This document shows positions 52,859 through 64,000 of a DNA stretch of 64,000 bases, in pieces. Source of the stretch: Paragordius varius (lineage: Eukaryota; Animalia; Nematomorpha); NCBI GenBank assembly GCA_964247055.1, contig OZ176055.1:2914001-2978000 (forward strand). The letters are read 5' to 3'. The notes beneath the pieces were generated by a model. That model did no database searches. It had not been told where the DNA came from and saw nothing but the letters and a program-made list of their open reading frames with translations. The stretch's first letter is position 1, and each line of letters begins with the position of its first letter. The translations under genes and the position numbers were made by a program.

Positions 52859-53549
52859 ATAAAACAAAAAATTTAGTGATAATAGCGTCTGATGAAAATT
52901 TTTCATAATGCAAAATCTTTCATATAGGAAACAATCCTTTGAAACACACTCATAAATTGTTATTTTAACCCTATTTTTAACTTTCTCAATAAATATTATC
53001 AATTAGTGCAGGGCTTCTTAAACTTTTGTAGTTCCCGACCCCATTTATGATTGCGAGTTTCTTAACGACCCCAACAAATATAAAAGAAAATAATAGTTTC
53101 TTCGAAATAGCACTTAGAAATTTTGATGATAATATTTATCAGGATTATTTCGGTATTAAGAGATTGACAAAAAAGTCTACTTTTTATAAATTTCTATAAC
53201 ATTTTCTGATCACGCTTCGGTGTGGCGTAGTCTAACCATAATTATTCGTATTAATTTGCAATAAATAGAGTTAATGGAGATAAAAAAGAATAAAAAAATT
53301 TAATAAAAAGAATGTCTTTAATTATTATTCTTTTACGGGTTTTTGCATAGGCTCAAATATTGTTAACCCGAATGTGATCCATTCCTTATTAAAGTTGATA
53401 TTCAACTATCATTGGAATTATTTTAAGATTTTCGTTTTACGAAATCATGGTTAAAAGTTCTATTTTGAAATTGGGTTCACACAGCTGATCAAGGGATATA
53501 AAAAGTAGTCTGCGGTCCCTTTTTAAAAGTAAGAATGATATTATACAAA

Positions 53550-54892
53550 TTCCCCAGTATTGTGTTTAACTGAACTCTTATGGCTTTTTAAGTTTTTTGA
53601 AAATTAGTTCCAAAACTACGCCTATTTTGTATGGCGTCTCAGTTTTAAACCGGTAGACCCCACCCATAGACCTATATGGAAAAAGCGCTGAGTTAAATTC
53701 TTTGCCTTTATAGGGCAAATATTTATAATCTTCTTTGATACATCCTCTCATGGGTTATTCAAAAAAAATATCTCAACACTAAATAATCGTTGTATGATGG
53801 CGTATTTTTAGGGCATAAAGGCCCCAAATATAACGGCTAATAAAAAAAGCTCGACCTTAATTTTTACCTAGTTACGGGTAATATTTCAAGCTTTTCAAAA
53901 CGGCCGCAAATAATTATAACAAAATGGGCATCCCATGATGTCACCTTAAAAACGAAAATTTGAATTAAAAATGCAATCGTTTTTCCAACTTTTCTCTACG
54001 GGTGTGAAGGTTGGACTTTAAAAAATCTGACACACGGATAATTAACTTCTTTAAAATGTGGATGTGGAGAAAACTTTTACAAATAAAATGGACGGATAAA
54101 ATTACTAACAATACAATTTTGAGTAAAATCAATCCCGACATATCATTGCTCGGAATGTCCATCCGCACCAAACAATCCTACTTTGGCCACATTATGAGAT
54201 CTAATTCACTGGAAAAGTCCTTGAGTTGGGTAAAGTTAGTGGTACACGTAAAAGGGGCCGAAGAAGGATAATGTGGATGGACAATATTCAACATGAAACC
54301 CACGCAACCTTGGCTAAACTAAACATTTAAACTAAAAACCGCAATTTATGGAGAAGTTTCATTTACAATATTGCAAAAAGTCGACCTCGACTGTAGCAAC
54401 ACACACGCACACACACACACACACAATGAGCTCATATGGCTTCATAAATTTTCTGTAAATCAACTCCAAAAAAACGCAATTATATAGTGGCGCAGTTATA
54501 GCGGCTATCTGTTTACCCAGCAGCCAAAATTAAAAACGCAAGTAAATTTTTGCCTTTTAACATGGAATATCTGGAATCCTCAGTGATTTTTAACGATCTC
54601 ATACCCTGGGCAAAAAATTATTTAATTTTTTGAAAAAAATGGCATTTTACCGGGGAACGGGTAAAAAGAGAGCTTAAATTAAAAAAGTAAGCCGACTGAC
54701 TATATTCGACGCAATTGAAAAAGCAATAAAATCATATTTGAAATCGAATGGTCCAACACTTTTTCCGGAAAATTGTCTCAAATACACGATTTTTGTGGAC
54801 TTATGATTATTTTTTGACATTTGGATTTCAATGGGTCTACCGGTTCGGAAACAGATAAAAAAACCAGCATTTCCCATTTTTATAAATATATA
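53550..54892 (-). mobile_element. Helitron H4 (3' end not found), interrupted by an RTE fragment; left boundary approximate
   Basis: Homologous to H3 internal units and to the 5' region (ccatttttataaatatata at ~54875-54892). Confidence 0.65.
53935..54425 (+). mobile_element. 5'-truncated RTE LINE fragment with (CA)n tail
   Basis: KMWMWRKLLQIKWTDKITN...YFGHIMR matches the 3' RT region of the element at 49485-52500. Confidence 0.8.
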
Positions 54893-55197
54893 ATTATAAT
54901 GATCGGAAAGATAGAAATTCTGGTATAAACAGTCTTTCCGAACCAGAAGATTTTATAATATATTTATCTACGATGATTGTTTTTTTTATAACAATAATTT
55001 TACAAGTTAAAAAAAATTTTTGTTAAATCGCAACCCATAGTTTAAGAAGCCCTGAATTAGTGTAACATAGATAGATATTTAAATAATTATGGTATTTTCC
55101 AAAATTTAACCGCTTTATATAAATATAATTTATGTGCCTGCAAACATTTTAATTATAGTATTATATATATATATCTTTTTATTAATTTATTTAATAA

Positions 55198-57289
55198 CTA
55201 GCGTAAATCTTGTGCTGCTACGCAGCCCGAGGAAGTCCTTCGGACTACTAGGGGGGAGGCTATTTGAATAAAGGGATCAATAAAATGATTTATATATGTG
55301 GACTATTTCAAAACATAATATAATAACTATGATCTCATAGGATTTTTAAAACGGTGCATTCATACTAATATATTGTTTACTGGTGTAAAGGCCCCAAATT
55401 GACGGCTAAGAAAAAACCGCTTTACTATAATTTTTACCTTTTTATGAGTAATATTTAAAGCCTTTATTGAACTCGTATGGCTTATTAAGTTTTTTGAAAA
55501 TTAGCTTCAAAGCCACGCCATTTTTGTATGGCGGTTCAGTTTTAAACCGGTAGAGCCCCCATAGGCCAATAAAGCGCTAAGTTAATTTTTTTGCCTTTAT
55601 AGAGAAAATATTTAGAATCATCTTTGAGACCATCGTCTCATGGGTTATTCGAAAAAATACCTCAACACTAAATAATCGTTATATGATGGCGTATTTTTAG
55701 GGAAAGGTCCCAAATTAACGGCTAATAAAAAAACGCCTGACCTTAATTTTTACCTAGCGGGTAATATTTCGAACTTTAAATGTGGCATAAGTTTTGTTGA
55801 TATTAGTTCCAAAACAACGCAATTTCTATATAGCGGCGCAGTTTTTGGCGGATAGCTTCTTACCCAGAGGTATAAAAAAGCGTCGGGAAAATTTTTTGTC
55901 TTATAGGGAATATTTGGAATTATAATACCATATGTTTCTATAAGTTCCTGGAAATATTGATTCAAATAAAAAATTATTCTATGGCGGCGAATTTTTCAGG
56001 GAGGTGACACATTTCTTGGCTCATTGAAATAACTCGCTATACTAAAATATTTGTTTTAAAGGGGTGATAAATATTTTAGGCCTTATTGAACTCACATAGT
56101 CTCATAGGTTTTCTGAATGTTGGCTCCAAAGGCATGCGTATCGATATAGTGACGCAGCTGTAGGCGGGTAGCCCCCTACCCAGAAGCGAATATAAAAAAG
56201 ACGTTGGATAATATTTTTTTCCATAGGGAATACCTGGTATCATCATTTTATTTCATATGTTCTTAATAGTTTATGGAAGAATGGCTTCATAACTAAATAA
56301 TAGTTCAATGATAGCGCATTTTTTAATGCGTAAAGGGCCTATTTGACCGCTATTTAAAAAAACCACTCGACTTAAGCCTTTTTACTGGTAATAATTCAGG
56401 CCCTTATAAAACTTGTATGGCCTGATAAGTTTTCTGAAAGTTAACTCCTAAACAACGCATTTTGATATGGTGGCGCAGTTTTAGGCGGGTAACTCTCTAC
56501 CCGGATACTGATACAAAAAAGCGCTTGATTAAAATTTTTGCCTATTTACGGAGAATACCTGGAATCATGATTGATACCATATGCTCTCATTAGTTTTTGG
56601 AAAAATTGCCTCAAAATAAAAAAATCATTCAATGGTTGCGTATTTTTCAGGGCGTGAAGGGCCTAATTAACGGCTAATTTTAAAAAGACGCACTATCAAA
56701 ATTTTTGCCTTGTTACGGGTAATATAAGCACGGATCGAACTTACATGACCTGATAGGTTTTCTAAAATTTAGCCCCAAAAGCACGCTATTTCGATATGAC
56801 GGATCAGTTTTTAGCGGGTATCTCTTTACCCAGCAGCCAATATAAAAAAACGCACGACTAAAATTTTAGCCTTAAAATTTACGGTCTCATACCTAAGGCG
56901 AAAAATAGATTCTAAAAATATTTTTGTGGACTTGAAAATGGCATTTTACGGGGGTAGCGGGGAAAAATAGGGCCTAAATTCAAAAAGCAAGCCGACTATA
57001 TTTGGCGCAATTGATGAAAATAAAAAAAATCATTTTTGAATTCGAATAGTCAAACACGATTCCGGAAAATTGTCTCAAAGACACGATTTTTTTGGAGTTC
57101 TGTTTTCAAAAAAATCCGTTTTTTACACGGTGTGGGCCCGAACTGGGGACCTAATTCAAAAAATGCGAAGCTATTGTCGGGGCATTCGTTAATGATTATA
57201 TTTTTTCGATATTTGGATTTGAATGGTTCTACCGGTTTTCCGGAAACAGATCACAAAGCCACCGCTTTCCATTTTTATAAATATATAGA
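55198..57289 (-). mobile_element. Non-autonomous Helitron H3 (2.1 kb) with an internal tandem array of ~300-330-bp units
   Basis: A|TC 5' end at 57289; GCTGCGTAGCAGC hairpin plus CTAG|T 3' end at 55198. The marker 'atgg/tag..gcgcagtttt.ggcgggta' recurs near 55525, 55825, 56140, 56460 and 56790. Confidence 0.82.
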
Positions 57290-57901
57290 TATCGGTATGA
57301 TTTGCGGTTTTTATGGGTGAAATTAAAGTTTATAAAAGTTTTCATATTTTATTTTGTAATATTTAAATAATTAAATTAAGTTTTACATTAAAATTAAATT
57401 TTATAAAACAAAGTTTACAAGCCAAAATTTACATGCATTTTAATGGTTGCTTATACCTATAGCATTGTTTATTAAATATTTTGTTGCTTTTTCCATACAC
57501 TACTGTGTTGGGAATTGCCCAACTATAGTGGAAAATAAGCAACCATTAAAATACTACTGTAAATTAAATTATTACCTATTTAAAACTATATTAAAAACAT
57601 TTACCACCATTTAAAAACAACTGTAAATGACAACCAAAGTACATAAATTACGACAATACAAAGCAACCAATAACAATGCTAAAGATTGCGTTACATTTAA
57701 ATACCAATTTTTCAATATACCTGAAAATTAATATAGCAATTATTCAAATTGTTGAAATGTCAATTTAAATAGCTTTTCAACTTAACTAATTTAATAAATA
57801 AACTCAATCAACATATCGCACATTACATTAATTACAATAATATTTCAGTTTCCATAAACACTATTTTCTCAAAAAATACTTGGCTTTGTTTCCATTTAGT
57901 A

Positions 57902-58173
57902 CAGGGCTGTCCAACACAAATGGCTTCGAGGGTAGCATTTTTACCTCAAAAATCCGACCAGCTGCTTTCGTAAAATATATGGGCATAAACAAATTTTTTT
58001 AGATTCAAAACACAAGACTATAAAAATATTTACCAACACAATAAAAGTTGCCACCAAAATTTATTTTAAATCTTAAAATAGCATTTTTTTAATTTAAAAT
58101 TATGTATTTTTACTTTTTTAAATTTCTCGCGGGTGCCAAACTATTTTTAAGGGATGCATGTTGAACATCCCTG
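57902..58173 (+). mobile_element. Buster-type hAT MITE
   Basis: TIRs CAGGGCTGTCCAAC / GTTGAACATCCCTG; perfect TSD ATTTAGTA. Confidence 0.88.
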
Positions 58174-58922
58174 ATTTAGTATAAATTTTTCATATACAAT
58201 AATCAAATAATTGCATGAGGAAAAAGGCAATCAATTATTTATTGCTTTTGGCTAACATTTTTCGGAATTTTCACAAATTTTTGTGGGACGTGTCTTACAG
58301 TATTGACATAAAAAGAGGCTCTATCCTCTTGCCGGATGACTGGCCTATGTTCCCATTGCCATCTAAATAAAAGAATATACACGAGGTTTGTAACCGGTCA
58401 AAAAGTTATAACGTATCTAACCGCTTATATATATGCAGTTAATTATGGTCAAATCGATGAAAAAAATGAAAAATGCTGTGATATTTTAACAATTACACAG
58501 TAATATGTTATTTTTTAAAAAACAAAACATTTATAAATTTTGATCATATGATTTGATTACAATATGTGTTATATACTATGTATTCTACATTTTTCAAATT
58601 TTTTTCGCCGATTATTTTGAAAGCAGTTATAGTAATGTAGGAATAAGCGTAATAAATTAAATTTAAAATTTTTATATTATACAATAATGATTTTATAAAA
58701 ACTATATATTAACTTATATTTCTATGAAGCTAATTTATAATCTATCCGTAATTAATTAATTATTAATAAATAAAGTTTCATACAAAAAACTACAGTAACT
58801 TTCTCAAATCTATCCGGAGGTATCTTATATACCCTATATTACAATCCAGTAAAAAATAATCATTACATGACTTAAAGACATACATAACGTTTGCTTATAA
58901 TAATTAGATATTTTTTCTTAAT

Positions 58923-61900
58923 TTACCTTAGCCTGTTAAACTTTAGCCGATTATCATACACACGATTGCCTTGATGTAATTCGATAGGATGTGGTTGATT
59001 TTTATAATTTTTATTGGAATTATTGGTTGACATATCCACATCTTTTTTAAGCGTTGTCTTTTCAGTTTTTACAGAATTCTTGTGTAATGTCTCATTAGTA
59101 TTTGATTCATTATCCGTATTTAAATGTAATTCTTTCCAAGTTTTATTGCTGGGTATAGGGCATTCAGGATCAGGCAAAGAATTATGAAATTTTTGTAAGT
59201 AAAAACTTTTTTCATTTGATGATTCATCAGCGTTTTCTTTCAGGTCTTGAGTTGAGTCATTGGTTAAGGTTATGGTACTTGGTAAATAATCGTAATTCTA
59301 ATAATGATAAGTTTGAAATTTAAATCGTAGATTATATGGGTTCTTTTAATGGCGCACAGATATAAATTAACAGAGTCTCTTTTGTCGCATTACACAACAT
59401 TATAAATGATTTAATGGGTTTTTAAATTTGATGATAGGAGAAAATAGGTATATAAACAAATATGAATTTTTGTTTTTTACTGCTTAAATTGGAAAAAAAC
59501 TTGCTCTATATATTTTTTGCCATAATCCAAAAGCCAATGTAACCAACAATACTAATGGTTAAACCAAGGGTGTCCAAGGCAAATGGCTTCGCGGGCCGCA
59601 TTTTTGGATGAAAAAATCTGGGGAGACGCATCCGCAAAATATGTGCACATTAACAAATATTTTATTAGATTTTAGACATAGGACTGTAAAAACTACTATT
59701 AATTTTGACATATTTTGCTAGTTTCATTGCCGAACTTCGGAAAAATTCAGTCAGAAATTGTGTTTAAGAAATCAATTTTGCTAAGATTTCTTAAAATTTT
59801 GTATTTAAAATATTTCTCGCAGGCTGCAGAAATATTTTGGAGAGCCGCGTATTGAACACCCCTGGCATAACAAAAAACACTTTTTGAAATCAAGGAACTT
59901 TTTGCGCAAAATTAAATTTTTCAATGTTAAAAATATGTTTATTTTTACTGTAAAAAATCGATTAGAAACCGTTTTAATACATTTTAGACATGTGGATACT
60001 TTAGATGAGAAATGCACTTAAAATCCTAATAAATTACCTTTTTTATTACAATGAATCAAAGTGTAAATTAATTAAACTAACCGGTTTAGAAGCTTTATGT
60101 TCTATCAAACTCCAGGTCCATCGATGAATCTAAAATTATTAAATAACAGTATGAATAAGTACATATATTTAATTCATATATTAAAATTAACAAAACAACA
60201 AAGCGAATATAGAACCCTGAAATTGTTTTGGCATACCAAATAGATAATAGAGATTTAAATTGATTGGTAACAGAATTGTAAAAAAATTTAGAGAAATGAT
60301 TTCCTTTATGTAAAAAATTATATTTGTCATATTTTTTAAATTTAATATTTTTTATGTAAAAAAAAGAAATAAGATAATATACTGATAATTGAGATGGGCA
60401 TGCAATAGCTTGAGCTCTGTAAACATTTGTTCCACAGCCTTTTTCCTTCAAAGAATGTATCTGCGCACAAATGTAAAAATGTTAATTGATTATAATTTCT
60501 AAAATATAAATTAATTATATTTGGTACTTATTAATAGCCTCTATTTTTTACCTGTAAAGTAGAATTGAGCCCGATAATTATAAAAAATTGATGACTTTTT
60601 TAACCATGTATTAATCACATAATTTGGCGTAAATATCACCATATATATCATATATCAAATTCATCCTTTAACAATTCAAATTGACCCTCGAACAATTTTA
60701 ATTCATCTTTAAACAATTCAATACCTGTGAACATTTCGAATTCACAAAATAAATTATATGTTATTGCATATTAAAAATAACATATATTTTTTGAGTTTGA
60801 TGTTGTGTGACGACCATAGTTTATTATATTTTATCATTTTTGATTTAGCGATTCCTATTCTTCTACTGATATCGGGGGTGCTGTTGTTGGTCGTATTTAT
60901 AAGACTGCCTAAATAAGTGTATTGGGAGACTACTTCGATTTTATGGTTGTCAAATGATAAATTGTTGTAATGATTCTGAGCGTTTATATTCATAATTTTA
61001 GTTTTTTTGCAGTTATCGTCAGACCAATTTTTTGACATTCAGTTAATGCTAAGAATTTTTTTAGGTTGTTTACTGAATTCAACAGCAAGAAGAAGAATAG
61101 GAATCGCTAAATCAAAAATGATAAAATATAATAAACTATGGTCGTCACACGACATCAAACTCAAAACAAAAATCCGATTAGTTAAATCCCTAGTATTCCC
61201 TAGTATGCTATACGCGTCAGAAAGTTGGACAATAAAAAAGGATGACGGAAGATACATCAACGCCTTCGAAATGTGGTGGTGGCGGAAGATAATACAAATC
61301 ACCTGGAAAGACAAAATAAAGAACACCGTAATCCTTGAAAAAATAAATCCCGAGATATACCTGATTGGCATGTGCCTCAAAATGAAATTATCATACTTTG
61401 GTCACTTTACCAGAGCTAATGACTTGGAATTCCAAATAATGACAGGCAAGGTCGAAGGATCCAAGAAACGTGGACGCTGCATGATGCGCTTGATCGAAAA
61501 CTTAACCAAAGAAATCAATCTTTCTTTACAACAGCTAACAGCACTCGCTTACATCAAATAAGCTGGAGAAAATATGCCTTCGAAAAAGCATTAAATCGAC
61601 AACCATCTTTGCTATAATAATAATATTTTTTTATATCTTTAAGAAATAAAATTTCATTAAAAATTAACATATTGAAAAAATAATAAACTGGGCTTCTTTA
61701 AAGAAAGAATACCTTTTACTGATGGGTTATTTAAGCCATAAAACACATAATTTTTTATTAAGGTGAATTAAAATTGTTCAAGAGTGAATTTGAGTAAATG
61801 GTTTATTACAAAAAAATAATTATTTTAATATAATGCATCTAACCAATAACTACAACATATTTTTTAAACTATATATTAATAGAGCTTCATTTATGTATTA

Positions 61901-64000
61901 ACCTTAAAATAACCGATAAATATAAACGAATGTTAACAAAGACAATGAATTAGACTAAAAATTTAAATTATACGGACAAAATGTAAAAATTAAAGACAAA
62001 TTTTTTTTCAAAAGCCGACCATATATAAACCTTTATTTATCCTATAAAAAACATTTAATAACAATCGTAAAATACTTAATTGATTGTGTTACTAATTTAC
62101 ATTTCTATAATGTACTTTGTAGTTAAAAACAATCAGTTATATTTCAAAAAATCAATATAAAAAAGTATGGTTGTCTTTTAAAAAAATAATAATTTATCGT
62201 TATATTTCACGTTTTGTCCGTATAATTTCAATTTTTGCATGAATACTCTATATAAATGTAAAATTTGTTTAAATAAACGTTTTACCAGTCACCTTAACTA
62301 AATATTAATAATATGGTATGTAATATAGATAGGTATAATAATAAATACTTGACAAATATTAAAACGCCCAAATAACCGTGTATTGGCAATCATAGGACTT
62401 CGACTTAAATCAATGTGATCTCCACACTTGTAGATTTTAACTGTAAACGGATTATTATTTTCCGATGACGCTTGCTCAGCCATTTGTTTGGCTTGTTCTT
62501 GCTTTATTCTAAAATAAAAAATTTTTATACAACTAATTGATGATTTATTTTAAATTTTGCAATTTACATATCAAAAATATAAGTAGTTTTACATTTTCAT
62601 TTAACAATTAAACTTTGCATTATTGAGTTTAAACTTACTTAGTATAAGGAAATTACAATTTGATAATATACTCAAACAAAATGGATTTTATCCTGAGGGT
62701 AGTGATAAAAGTTATTTAATTCAAAATATATCATTTGAAACTTACAAATAGTAAATATCAAATAAACCCCATTTTTGGTCAGAATTCCAGTTGATTAAAA
62801 ACTGATTTAGAAATCGAAACTACATTTTGACTCAAAATGGTAAACTATATTTATATGGGATAAAATATTAAAAATGAATTGACTTAAAATCTATAAAATA
62901 AAATCAAAACTTTTTCTAGATTCAAATTTGTAAAGCGAAATTCATACAATGAAAAACAAAAAATAAAAAAAACAGATTTTTTTTTACTTGGAATCCTGAA
63001 AGATTTCAAGGGCTTTATCTATACCAACCTTTAATGGAATAATGTCATGTTCTTGCCAGCAAAATACGTTAGCCTCTTTTTCTAAGATACGATATTCAGC
63101 TTTAGTAGATTCCCAAAGTCCATTATTCGTTGATGGGAGATGAAAATCATAGGAAAAATGGCATCGATTAACTAAATATAATGTTGAATAGGTTAAATTA
63201 GTTGAATTTAAATACATTGACAATTAATTACATACTTTGATTAACCCTAAAATATTTCTTTTATAAAAAATTTATAACATAATAATACTTTTTTTGAAAC
63301 AATATACTGCAAAACAATAAAAAATCATAAAGGGTGTAAAAATAATTAAACTCAATTTTTAGTTTAGACGACCAGTGACCCTCATACCGCGGCATTAAAA
63401 AATTTTTTTGGCACTAAAATATTTATACAAAAATTTAATTTATTGTGGGTCTAAATATCTGAAAATGTTTCAAACAGCTCCCCTGAGACGAGATAAAAAA
63501 ACTTTGCGGTTCTTTAAATTTTTTCTTGAGTATCATTGGTTTAGCAAAAATAAAAGGACTAAATTTGACATGTTCAGATAAGCTATAATGTTGAATAGGT
63601 ATTAATGCTCAAATCTATTTTAAAGTTCAAGAATCAATTTGAAGGCATGAATATATTAAAAGGTCAACGATATTTTCAAAAATGAATAATGCACAAATAC
63701 CGTCGATTGGAGCCCAAGAGTAAAGAGTTGGTATGTTGTTATCGTTAAAAGAAGTTTCAATCGTCCTTCCCAAAATGAATGCTCCAGTTCGCCAAAAACA
63801 TTTATTGAGATATCGTGGATCTTCGTTTTTAAAATGCAAAAAATGGATTTCACTATCGCCTTGAAGGGGTAAATGCATATCCCAAGGCACACCATTGACT
63901 AAGGCTAATGCAGCTCGTTTACTAACATACTCATGAATATCTAGAATAATAAAAAATTATACGTTTGGCACAATCAAATGGGGTTGAGATATGTTTGTTC
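58923..64000 (-). CDS. MRPL39: Mitochondrial ribosomal protein L39 (mL39), 5' end outside the window. Exons: >64000-63963, 63940-63701, 63171-62988, 62508-62349, 60460-60383, 60129-60082, then tentatively 59297-58923 (or spliced at 58926 to 58362-58299)
   Basis: NKHISTPFDCAK|HI..ALALVNGVPWDMHLPL...CFWRTGAFILG; ALEIFQDSK; VKIYKCGDHIDLSRSPMI; YRAQAIACPSQL; HRWTWSLI. Colinear with mL39 as I recall it; junctions in phase. The 3' extension is uncertain. Confidence 0.9.
59565..59864 (+). mobile_element. Buster-type hAT MITE (MRPL39 intron)
   Basis: CAAGGGTGTCCAA / TTGAACACCCCTG termini; body similar to 57902-58173; TSD decayed. Confidence 0.7.
60637..61805. mobile_element. MITE family X copy interrupted by a 5'-inverted RTE insertion
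   Basis: Left arm has caaattcatcc/ttgaccctcgaacaa repeats; right arm has aaggtgaattaaaattgttcaagagtgaatttg..aaatggt. Confidence 0.6.
60786..61623. mobile_element. RTE LINE insertion with an inverted 5' segment (minus 60786-~61080; plus ~61081-61623, (TAA)n tail)
   Basis: The minus part encodes KKTKIM...YTYLGS...RRIGIAKS; the plus part encodes RRIGIAKS...FEMWWWRK...YFGH. About 85 bp is shared between the two in opposite orientation. Both flanks read atattttt. Confidence 0.8.
63941..63962 (-). other. 22-nt GT-AG intron (MRPL39)
   Basis: GTATAATTTTTTATTATTCTAG. Removal gives AAA C|AT (CAK-H-I); retention causes a frameshift and stop. Confidence 0.82.

Larger units (their letters stand above)
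53009..55054. mobile_element. hAT non-autonomous element hosting a Helitron that hosts an RTE fragment
   Basis: Perfect 15-bp TIRs CAGGGCTTCTTAAAC / GTTTAAGAAGCCCTG; perfect TSD AATTAGTG. Confidence 0.88.

Noticed and set aside
58894-58926. A possible further 33-nt micro-intron at the MRPL39 3' end
   Set aside because: No conserved sequence requires it; the donor is equally explained by the phase-matched exon at 58362-58299 or by the in-frame TAA.

Overview
Very AT-rich eukaryotic (invertebrate-like) genomic DNA with five spliced genes among dense, often nested transposons. The genes, reconstructed by hand from splice sites and phases, are: a head-to-head pair of related small secreted proteins I do not recognise (545-1954 minus, 3612-4805 plus); a 12-exon UTP15 (9613-17066 minus); a 7-exon, unusually long CYP2-clan cytochrome P450 (39683-46769 plus); and the 3' part of MRPL39 (58.3/58.9 kb to the window end, minus). 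Mobile DNA includes a very young Mag-type Ty3/Gypsy element with near-identical LTRs, a full-length but decayed RTE LINE plus two fragments (one 5'-inverted), several Buster-type hAT elements with 8-bp TSDs, a decayed ZMYM1-like hAT transposase, a non-autonomous Helitron family, a tRNA-Lys-derived SINE and several MITE families. The most striking signal is three GT-AG introns of only 22, 24 and 26 nt in two unrelated housekeeping genes. All three are required to keep the reading frame, and they coexist with introns up to about 2 kb and with weak 5' splice sites. The species cannot be determined from the sequence. Protein family calls rest on motif recall, not database searches.
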